Below, one piece after another: positions 53,843 through 64,000 of a stretch of 64,000 bases of DNA. Under the pieces are notes generated by a model. It worked only from the letters and a program-made list of their open reading frames with translations, did no database searches and was not told the DNA's origin. The DNA is taken from NCBI GenBank assembly GCA_038087875.1, contig CM075990.1:4962001-5026000 (forward strand), given 5' to 3'. Source of the DNA: Malacoraja senta. Lineage: Eukaryota. How positions within the stretch are numbered: position 1 is the first letter of the stretch; each line of letters opens with the position of its first letter. The position numbers and the translations under genes are program-made.

Positions 53843-54028
53843 CGTGCCCTCCATAATGTTTGGGACAAAGACCCATCATTTATTTATTTGCCTTTGTACA
53901 CCACAATTTGACACGTGTAATAGAACAAAAATCACATGTGGTTAAAGTGCACAATGTCAGATTTTAATAAAGGCCATTTTTATACATTTTGGTTTCACCA
54001 TGTAGAAATTACAGCAGTGTTTATACAT
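53843..54028. mobile_element. Tc1/mariner-type terminal fragment
   Basis: ta-c(a)gtgccctccataatgtttggg start; a reverse-complement-like end, caacattatggagggcactg-ta, lies at 58003-58024. Confidence 0.55.
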
Positions 54029-54810
54029 AAGTAGAACTGCGAAGAGCTGTAAAGTTTACAGAAGGCCTGGAAAAGGCAGCCAAATTGACAGCTGTGTACG
54101 GGATAACTGTTGCCTTCAATGCTGAGCACGGACGTATTACATTTCCCTGTGTTGTTATGCACAATTTACCAGGGGATAAGTTATGCAATTTAATCACCAT
54201 TTAAAATATCCAAGTACTTATCCTGGGATCTTGACGTCAGCAACACCAAAGACATCCTGTTCTATTAAGTTTGCTTAATGACTCCAATTTCTTTGACTAT
54301 TTTCCCTGTCAGTATTTATTACAACTTTATTTCAGGTCATTATCTCATGGCTTCTGTGGTGTCATGCTGTGGACAGATTTACAGATATTTCCATCTGTGG
54401 TGGGTTTAAAGACCATTTTAATGGTTAAAGTTGTTGGGGAAGACTTAGGGAGGGAATGTCAGTGCTTCACTCCAGCTACTGATGAAATATTGACACATGG
54501 AACACCAGAACAGGATAGAAATGAGATTGACACAACATGCTGGAGTAACTCAGCGGGACAGGCAGCATGTCTGGAGACGTTTCGTGTCGAGACCCTTCTT
54601 GTGACACTCAGACGCCTCGACCCGAAACGTCACCGATTCCTTCTCTCCAGAGATGCTAAGTTACTCCAGCATTTTGTGTCTATCTTCTGTTTAAACCAGC
54701 ATTGTAGTTCCTTCCTACAGGATAGGAATGAGTGTGCATATCTCATGTTAAAGGACTAGGAGAACTACCAAGGCTGTGGAAAGTTTGAAAACAAAGATGA
54801 GGAATGGTAA

Positions 54811-55310
54811 CTCAAGTCAAGTCACTTTTATTTATATAGCACATTTACAAAGCAACTCTCGTTGGCCAAAGTGCTTTACATTGGTATAAGAATAGTATAA
54901 CAAACAACAGTGGTTTATAGATTAAATACAAACATCACTACATACATATAGCCCTCGCTCAGAGGAGGTCAAGAAAAGGCTTGGGAATAGAGATGAGTTT
55001 TAAGTCTCGACTTAAAGGAGTCGATGGAGGGGGCAGTTCTGATGGGAAGAGGGATGCTGTTCCACAGTCAAGGTAAGAGTTATAAAGTGAGGACCAGAGC
55101 GAGACATGGATCTCATCTTCTACGGTTAGCTTGGAGAAGGCACAGGGAAGATGGGCGAGGGAAATTTGAGCTTTGAGCCAAGATTGGAGAAGCATAGAAG
55201 TTTTGTGGGCTAAGGAACGGGATGGGGAAAGATGAGCAGAAGGTAACAAAGGCAGCTCAGAAGGTGGGCTCATCCTTAATGTGAAATGTATCCTTAAGCT
55301 TCTCACACTA
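54811..55310 (-). mobile_element. L2-like LINE 3' fragment(s)
   Basis: tgtaaagcactttg...tgctatataaataaaagtgacttgacttga-type 3' end on the minus strand. Confidence 0.5.
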
Positions 55311-55360
55311 GTGCGAGAACGGTTGTAGATTGATAATGCTGATTATGCAGCACACGATTA

Positions 55361-55589
55361 AAGGGCCTGTCCCACTTTCACGACCTAATTCATGACCTTT
55401 TTTTACTCGTGGACATTTTTCATCATGCTAGAAAAACGCCCCGACCTACTTGATGCCACGAGTACCTACGACTAACATCATGGCCTGCTACGACCTCCTA
55501 CGACCTCGTGACAACCATGCTGAGAGTATGAGTCAAGGGCAAACTCGTCAGAGGTCGTGAATTTGATCGTGAAAGTGGGACAGGCCCTT
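55361..55589. mobile_element. MITE, probably PIF/Harbinger-type
   Basis: Perfect 23-bp TIR aagggcctgtcccactttcacga; shares the internal segment ctcgtggacatttttcatcatg with the MITE at 38120. Confidence 0.75.
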
Positions 55590-55816
55590 ACGTTTCTTTT
55601 CAAAGTCCACAATCAAAATATAAACTTAATTTGATTCATTGACCTGATGCTACCTCAAAAAGATCATTGTTAGTTTAACAATTTGCTTTCATCTATTTAC
55701 TTTCCATGCGGACTTCTTCCAAATCAATCCATATCTGTCTAAGTAATTGCAAATTCCATGATCAGTGATTCTAAAAGTTGACCCACTGAGACTAAACTGA
55801 CTGGTTTAAACTAATC

Positions 55817-56036
55817 GTGTAGGAAGGAACTGCAGGCGCTGGTTTGCACAGTAGACCAAAATTGCTGGAGTAACTCAGCGGGTCAGGCAGCATCTCTGGA
55901 GAAAAGGAATAGATGACGTTTTGGGTCATGACCGTTCTTCAGAAGAATGGTTTTAACCCAAAACGTCACCTATTCCTTTTCTCCAGAGATGCTGCCTGAC
56001 CTGCTGTGTTGCTCCAGCATTTTATGTCCATCTTCG
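55817..56036. mobile_element. Inverted pair of Penelope-derived terminal repeats
   Basis: ggaactgcag...ctcagcgggtcaggcagcatctctggagaaaagg followed by its reverse complement. Confidence 0.75.
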
Positions 56037-56301
56037 ACTTAAATTAATTGCGAGGTTTAGTTTAGTTTATTGTTATGTGTACAGTGGAAAGCTTGTCACA
56101 TACTAACCAATCAACAGAAAACCTTTACATGATTATCTGCATATCCTTATTTGAAAATTGAGAACTGCATCATCTGCAGTTTTCCACTCCTCAGGCAACA
56201 AGCTTGTAGCTATAAATGTTCAGAAAATTGTGCAAATTACCTCTGCAATCTCTATCCTTTCTTGCTTCAGCAACATAGGATGCAGATGAAATATCTTATC
56301 C

Positions 56302-56358
56302 ACTGCAATTGCAGGAAGCCTTTACTGCAATTGCAGGAAGCCTTTACTGCAATTGCAG
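56302..56358. repeat. 22-bp tandem repeat, about 2.6 copies
   Basis: actgcaattgcaggaagccttt repeated; contains the palindrome ctgcaattgcag. Confidence 0.9.
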
Positions 56359-57177
56359 TTTATCAATTTTCAGCCCATTATCTCCACAGCAGCGGCATCT
56401 TTGTTAAAGTTGGGCACAAGATATTAATGTAGTACTTCAACCGTACATTCTCCCTCCATCAGTGAATCTTCCTTTTGGTCTCTAAACAGTCCTATCTCCT
56501 GTACTATTTATTTTCTATAAATAATAATAATAACTTTTCTCACTCTCTCTGACCATCCTTTCCTCTGAAATGCTTTTAATAATCAGCTTGATTTCTTCCC
56601 ATTGTCAGACTGTCATTCACCTATTTCTCATTTTTATTTAACTCTTTATGTTAGGAAATTAATTGCCCTACTTTGCCCGTCTTCATAAGCCACCCAATCT
56701 TCCAATTATAGATTTTGATCAATCTTTAAATCAATTTACAGGAAAATGAAAGATGAAAGATGATTAACTCTCTTTCACTGTCCACAGGTGCTGCTTGACC
56801 AGCTGAGTATTTTCAGTATTGTCTATTTTTATTACCTGGACCAGATCTAATTTCACTGAAAAAGGCTGTGTCCCAGTTGACTATTTTATCTTACAACTGC
56901 CTATGCCCTTTCTGATAACTGTTGTTCTATAAACACAGTTTCCATCACAGTGAGGAACGTGGGGGAGTCGCTGTGGTGGATGTTCATGTTAAAAATGTAT
57001 TTTGGTGTCTTGTTACTCTTTATTGGAATGACTGTATGGCAAATCAAATTCCTTGTATGTTGCAAAACATACTTGGCCAATAAAGTACTATTATGATAAT
57101 GATGATTATAAATCATCCCATTGATGATTGTGCTGCCTGACTCAATATTTCCTAGAATCAGACCCAGCAACATTTTG

Positions 57178-57280
57178 TGTAGGAAAGAACTGCAGATGCT
57201 GGTTTAAATCGAAGGTAGACACAAAATGCTGGAGTAACTCAGTTGCTTGTCCTGCCGAGTTACTCCAGCATTTTGTGTCC
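57178..57280. mobile_element. Penelope-derived short element
   Basis: Family consensus flanked by the 17-bp direct repeat acccagcaacattttgt. Confidence 0.75.
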
Positions 57281-59277
57281 ACCCAGCAACATTTTGTTCG
57301 CCTTGGGGCAAAAAATGTGCTGATCCAAGATGTTTACCGAGTGCATAAAATTGTCCCCTCTGTGCCCCTTATATTGTTACTACTCCAGCCTGTATTGGAA
57401 AAGCAATTCACTATAGATGACGCATATCTGAAATCAAAACAGAAACTGCAGGTAAGGCAGCATCTGTGGAGAGAGGAGAACACATTCAGACTGATGACAT
57501 CAGAAATAGAGAAAATTGAAGCAGTCATGTTTTAAAGTTGCAAAGAGTCATGTTTTAAAGTTGAATATGAGAATATCTATGATAGGGTGGAGATCAAGAG
57601 AAAATAAATAGTGCAGATTGATGTTGATGAAGAAAAGGCTAAATCAGCTTGAGAAAGGCTTATTTGGTTGTGGTATAAATTGAAAGGAGAAACAAAGAAA
57701 ACATACAGGACCTGAGATAAATAGAACACAAGAGTTTCTGAAGTCTAAAATATAGATGAACACTGGGAAGGACTTGAAGCTTCTGCAGTTTTGTGTTTTT
57801 TTAATATTGTTCTGTTATTTAGGTGCCTCCCCAAATTACAGATGCCTGACTTACGTACAGCCCGTTTGTAGATCAGCTGGTGGATTTGTCTGCAGCTGCG
57901 GGCGGCTGGCATCTTTGGCTGTTTGGGAACTCTGTTGACGGCAATATCTGAATGCCCTCATTTAGCTACATATTTAACTTGCCCTTGGTTGGCCTGTTAC
58001 TCCAACATTATGGAGGGCACTGTAGCTGTCTGTGTAATTAACTGTAAATAGCCGCCACTAATTAACTCCTTAAATAACACACAAAGTTAAGAACTGCAAG
58101 TAACAAAACTTAATTAGAAATTAGGATTGAATCACCAACCTCCTGCATTCCTTATTCATCAAACTGCTTTCTTTACAGTTGATGGAAGTTGCACCATGAG
58201 CAGTTTTGGTTGGGCTGATTGTATTTAATGTGATTGAGCAACTCCTTGCCATGAGTGCTAAGCAGTTGTCTGTTACATACATTCATGTCTGCATGCCTTG
58301 GATTATAGGTATCAATCATCAGATTTAGGCAGTATCTCTGGAGAACATGGATAGGTGATGTTTCGGGTCAGGACCCTTCTTCAGACTGAAATATCACCTA
58401 TCCATGTTCACCCGAGATACTGCCTGACCTGCTGGGTTACTCCAGCATTTTGTGCTGGTTTTGGACACTTAACTACTTATTCTTAAGTCAAAATCATTAT
58501 ATAAATTAGGATTCTTATTAAAAAGGCACTGATCCTTGCAAAACACCACGTTTTCACTGTATTCCATCATAATACTACCCTTTATTATGGTCAAGGATTC
58601 TGGTACCTTCAAACCCATTCTTGGGACTAGTATTCAAGAGTGAAAGGAGGCAACTGGGAGATTGCTCGAACCCTAATTAATGCCTTGGGGGTCTCAATGT
58701 GGTATCATAGTCAAGGCTAGTCCCATTGATACATACAATAACTAGAAAACCATGATCTCTTCACCCATTAATATGTTTCTGATGTGACTGACTAAATTAA
58801 ATTGTAACTGCAAGGTTATTATTTCATTGTCAGTAAATGCATTGTTGGATTTTTTTGTTTTTTGTATTCTAGCCCTCTTGAAATAATGCTAGCTTTACAT
58901 TTGCCTTCTCTTTACTCCAGGTTAACCTTCCCAGCACCGAATATTCAGTATCAACTACATGCATCACCATTATTCCATCACACTTTTTCCACCAGGCTGG
59001 TCAGCGAGGTCACAGTGATGTTCTTATCACAGAAATTCAATCTAAATTAAATGAAGGCAATGGGATAATAACATTCCTTTCCGTGTACAAATTGAGTGCT
59101 GTATTTCTTATACTGTAACATTGATGCAAAATATTTGAGGTACACGAGGTAAAAATAATGTAATTTTAATCCAAGTTCTTTCTCTTCTATCATCTTTGTC
59201 ATTTAAGTATTCTTTGCTCTGGAGGCATTGCATTAAAGTGTGTTAACTGCAAAAAAATAGTTTGTAGTTTGATTTTA

Positions 59278-59523
<246 letters not shown>

Positions 59524-59949
59524 CTAAAATTAAATGAAGAAGCAGTATTAACATAAATCTCACCAAGAAATGAATGGAATCGGGTAATAGTAACCCTCTT
59601 CCAAATGCTGCAAAATTAGTGCTTTATCATTGCATGGCTAACTGTTCCCCCCACTTTCTCTCTCTCCCTCATTCAAAGATTATACTTTATACTTTTGCTT
59701 TCCAATCACCTGGACCCTTTCCACAATCCATGGAATTTTAGAAGATCATAAATCAATGCAGCCACCTCTTTGGGAATCCTAGGATGCAGTTGATCAGGAT
59801 CTGAAAACTTGTCAGTATTTAAAGCTCTTTATTCATCCAACAATACTTCACCATTGATAATGATCATTTTACATTCCTCCTGTTTTGGACCCTATGATAT
59901 GTTACTGGTATCTAATGTGAAGATAGGTACAAAGCATTTATTTTAAATA

Positions 59950-62040
59950 GTGACAATATTAATTTATTGGATTGGTGATCCAGAGGCATGGACCTACAAC
60001 CCAGAGATGCATGTCAAAACCCAGGCCAACAGCTGTGGAATTTGAATTCAGTTCATTAACTGGCATTTAAAACACATTACTCAATACTGGGGACCACAAA
60101 GTTACTCAATTATTCCAAAAACTCATTTCATTTGCCAATGTCCTTTGGGGGGAAATGCAATGCCCTTACCCTCTGGCCTATAAATCACTGGATCGACAGC
60201 AGTGCAGATAATTATTAAATATCGCTCAGAATATCCAAGCAAGCCCCTCAATGGTATCAATAACAGCTTTGTCAAAACAGAAAAAGGATAAAACCAGTCA
60301 AAGTACTGGGAATGAAACTAGGCACTAAATTTAGAAACAGCAGCGTTTCACCAATCGGTCACCTTGCGGGAGTGCTGATTTGTGAGAGTTGTTTTGCAAA
60401 TCTGTAATTTAGCTACATTCACTCAATCATATCTTACCGTCGAGGTGGCAGATTTATCAGTCACAATTACTGAGTGACGTCCTATCAGCAGCAAAGACCC
60501 ATCAGAGGTGGTGGTGCAGTATTTTATAGGCAGGGGAAAGTAAGGGAATTTCTCCAAGTTGACACCAGACCCCATTAAGCCTCATGACACCAGCTCAGAT
60601 ACCAATACATCTCCTGATGGTCACTCACCCACCCTGTCCTAATTGATAAGTCAGCACTCCTCTGTGTTGCATATAAATTGGTAGAAGCACTGAAAATAGC
60701 TGGGACACAGAAAATCTTTCTGTTTGGGGGACTTCAATGTCCATCACCAAGTGTGCTTCTCCAGCACCACCACTAATTGAACCTGCCTTGAAGAATGTAA
60801 TTGCCACGTTGGCAGGAAATTAGCAAACCAATGCAAGCAATACATCTACCAGACCTTGTCCAATCCAACTATTGCAGATGCATCTGTGCACTACAGCATT
60901 GGGAAGAGTGGCCACCATATGATCCTAGTAGATCCAGAAGTCCCATGTTCACACCAAGGATGTAATTGTGTTATGTGACACAAACATCATGCTAAAGAGA
61001 ATAGATCTTGCAACTCAAACCCAAGTCTCCATGAGACACTGTGGACCATAACCAACAGCAGAAACATTTTGTGGCAGACAGCTGATCAGCTATTGGAAAG
61101 AAAGCAAGAACATCCACATCGCTTAAATATTGAAGGCAGACCTGAAATATTTGGAACCATCTTCAATCAGAAGTGCAGAGACAATGGTTATGTAGTCTGA
61201 TACCCCATCTTCACAGAAGCTAGTCTTCAGCCAACTTGACTTACTCCAAGTAATAGTAAGGAACTCAATACAGCAAAAGTTATGACACCAGGTAACATTC
61301 CATGTTGCAATCTGGAACAAATTGTATTTTTAGCCAACTTATTTGCGTAGTTTCAAACAGGCATCAACCAGGCAATGTAAAAAGTTATTTATTTATTTCC
61401 CATTCACAGAAGCCAATCATTTTCTACGCTCAAAGTAATTGTAGGCATTGTTGGTAGTGCTGTCAAGCACATTCACTGATAATCTGTGCACTGATGCTCA
61501 GTTTAGGTTTTCCCAGGCCCACTCTGCACAAGACCTCATCCAATCTATTGCCTGAGTAAGAACAAAGCACCGATTCGCACAAACAGTGGTTGTTGGAGTC
61601 CATCATCCCAGCCCCAAATTATCAGTGAAGTAATTTTTCAGGATAGTTTCCTACACTCAAACATCTTCAGCAGCTTCATATCAGTAACCTCACAGCAAAG
61701 TGGGAAGTCTTGCTGATGAAAGTTCAATTTCATTTGCAACTCACTGGAAAATGAAGCATGCAGCAAGAACTGGACAATATTTTATCATGAAAAGTGCCAG
61801 GCAATGACCATCTTCAACTTGACATTCAGTGGCATTTCTATTGCCATGTCTCTCACCATCAGCAGTCTGAGATTACCTTTGACATAATTGTGTCATTTTT
61901 TTTTTTCAATTAAAAAAACAATAATAATATTGTGTCATTATTAAGGGTCTAAATCCTGGACTCCATCCCCATCAGCATCCTTGAAGTACCTTTGAAAGGA
62001 CTGCCCGAATTCAAGAAGGTATCTCAGCAGGACCTTAGGT
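59950..62040 (+). mobile_element. Old, heavily degraded LINE (CR1/L2 clade)
   Basis: APE motif remnant ggggacttcaatgtccatcac (GDFNVHH) at about 60727; RT remnant atgcagcaagaactggacaatat at about 61758, similar to 469-500. Confidence 0.55.
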
Positions 62041-62099
62041 GAGCCACAGGTAACAATGAAAATCTTGCTTGCAGTTGCATCACAGGCACGTAGACTCAG

Positions 62100-62950
62100 G
62101 CAACACACAAAAAAACGTACACAAATTGCATGAAAGTTCTACAAAACAGTAGAAACAGATTCTGCAAAAAACAATTCCAAAATAAGTCATGGTAGTGCAA
62201 GAGGTGTCCGTGGTGTTCCATTGGATTAATTTGAGGAGAAGTAGCTGTTCCTGAAACTGGTAGTAATGGTCTTCTAGCTTCTGTACCTTCAGCCTGATGG
62301 TAGCAGCGAGATGAGGGCATGGTCCAGATGATGAGGATCTTTGATGATAGATGCCGTCTTCCCAAGGCAGTGCCTCATGTAGATACTTTCAATGGTGGGA
62401 GGGCCTGTGCCCATGATAGACTGGGCTGAGTCCACCATTCTCTGCAGCCTCTTTCATACTTGTGTGTTGGAATTACCGTACCAGGCCATGATGCAAGCAG
62501 TCAGGAAACTTTCTACTGTGCATCTGTAGAAGTTGGTTAGAGTAGTCGCTGACATGTCAAATCTCTTTAAACTTCTAAAAAAAGTAGAGGCGTTGGCATG
62601 CCTTCCTCATGATTGCATCTATGTGCTGAGCCCAAAACAGCTCATCCCAGATGTTGACACCCAGAAATTTGAAGCTGTTAATCCTCTCCACCACCGAAAC
62701 CCACCAATGAAAATTGGCACGTTGTCTTCGGAATACCCCTTTCTGGGAGTCAACAATTAGTTCCTTGGTCTTGTCGATGTTATTGCAGCACCATTCAACC
62801 ATGTGTTCTTTCTCTCTCCTGTATGCTGACTCATCACCGTCTGTGGTTTTTGCCAACAACAGTGTTGTCGTCGGCAAATTTACAGATGGCATTAGAACTG
62901 TGCTTAGCCACACAGTAATGGGCGTAAAAGGAGAAGAGCAGGGGACTAGC
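62100..62950 (-). mobile_element. Rex1/Babar-type LINE fragment
   Basis: DGDESAYRRE...WCCNN..KTKELIVD...SFKFLGVNI...KACQRLYF motifs. Confidence 0.75.
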
Positions 62951-63413
62951 CATGTTTAGGAAGGAACTGCAGATGCTCGTTTAAACCGAAGATAGACTCA
63001 AAATGCTGGAGCAACTCAGCGGGACGGGCAGCATCTCCAGAGAGAAGGAATGGGTGACGTTTGGGTCGAGACCCTTCTTCAGACCTAACTAGGCATTTTG
63101 CCTGAAAGTGCTCCTGAGTTAATAGTCAGCAAGTCTAGTACAACAATTAAGATGTCTAGCATTCTAAATTTCCCAATTAGTTTTAATTGCAATTAGCACA
63201 ATTGAAACACAAAATATAGTAGCAAAATGTTAATTGTACAAGTCCGAATTCAGACCAAAATTCATTGTCGTGCAGTGACTATGATTACGGAGTACTCATC
63301 AAACACTGCGAGCGAAGAAAATGCAATTGCAGCGCATTCAATAGCGTGCAGTGGCGTTAGGTTTCACTCGCGGTTGGCATCTTCACTGAGAGCCGCGGGC
63401 TGGGAGCTGCGAG

Positions 63414-63430
63414 GGCCGCCAGGTGGCGCA
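63414..63430 (+). promoter_or_regulatory. Candidate CTCF-binding site in a CpG-rich patch of HIF1AN intron 1
   Basis: GGCCGCCAGGTGGCGCA is a close match to the CTCF core consensus CC(A/G)C(C/T)AG(A/G)(T/G)GGCGC. Confidence 0.55.
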
Positions 63431-63914
63431 CGGTCTTCCCCTGTAGTTGGGACCAGGCAGAGCCTACGTGACTCGGGTAGCGTACACAGGGACACGGGGG
63501 AGGAGGAAAGATGTGGCTAAAAAAACACACACACACACACACACCGCGAACAGGAGTGGGGGGCAGGGAGAGCAGAAAGAGGCAGCCCAGTGCACCGCCA
63601 CTCCTCAACCATAACATAACCCAACAATTCTTCAAAATACCTTCGGTACAGAGATGTCCTCAATGCGGCAACGTGCAGCGTTGTCAATGACATAGAGATT
63701 GTGTGCACGGTACTCGCATTGCAGCGAGCTGCTTTCATCTTTTGCACCAAACCATAATTATATCGGAGAGGCAACCCGAATCCAGACCTGTGGTGGAATG
63801 AAACTCACCGAGTTTTATTTCAATTTGCACCAAGGTCAGACTCACTAGTTTAACGTCTGTGAAAATGTACATGCAAAATGTATCAGTAACACTCCTATCC
63901 CAGTTCAGTTCCGT

Positions 63915-63983
63915 ACTGAATGTAAGCACATTCATTTCCTTACTGAGTGTAAGCACATTCAGTTCCTTATTGAATGTAAGCAC
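63915..63983. repeat. 27-bp tandem repeat, about 2.5 copies
   Basis: actga(a/g)tgtaagcacattca(t/g)ttcctt units. Confidence 0.85.
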
Positions 63984-64000
63984 GTAAGGATGGCGAGCAC

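Noticed and set aside
63357..63635. Possible HIF1AN exon 1
   Set aside because: No frame I read gives the expected WDESQLRxYxFPT...PRL peptide; exon 1 probably lies beyond the window
63915..63983. CRISPR-like short repeats (also 56302-56358 and 31785-32210)
   Set aside because: Head-to-tail tandem repeats without unique spacers, in a vertebrate context

Overview
Repeat-rich vertebrate genomic DNA, most likely from a cartilaginous fish (skate/ray-like; inferred from the V-SINE/CR1/Penelope repeat content and protein divergence). I reconstructed three spliced genes by hand, with GT-AG boundaries and consistent phases. They are the last four coding exons of CUEDC2 (+, 4462-7342), a complete four-exon FBXL15 (-, 28422-13409, about 291 aa), and exons 2-8 of HIF1AN/FIH-1 (-, 59523-43790; exon 1 was not found in the window). 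Introns and intergenic DNA contain CR1-type LINE fragments, tRNA-derived V-SINEs, a decayed IR/DR Tc1 transposon, a 2.5-kb hAT-like element with a 5-bp TSD, two related MITEs, Rex/Babar and L2 remnants, and G-rich minisatellites. The most interesting signals are two ribozyme-like RNA motifs in retroelements. (1) A 143-bp TSD-flanked SINE-like element at 33081-33223 (-) whose first 53 nt fold as a minimal HDV/CPEB3-type ribozyme, with the predicted cleavage site exactly at the element's 5' end. (2) More than 20 short Penelope-derived elements, many carrying a minimal hammerhead core, often as inverted pairs; one is still joined to an open GIY-YIG endonuclease reading frame. All structure and family calls are by eye and untested.
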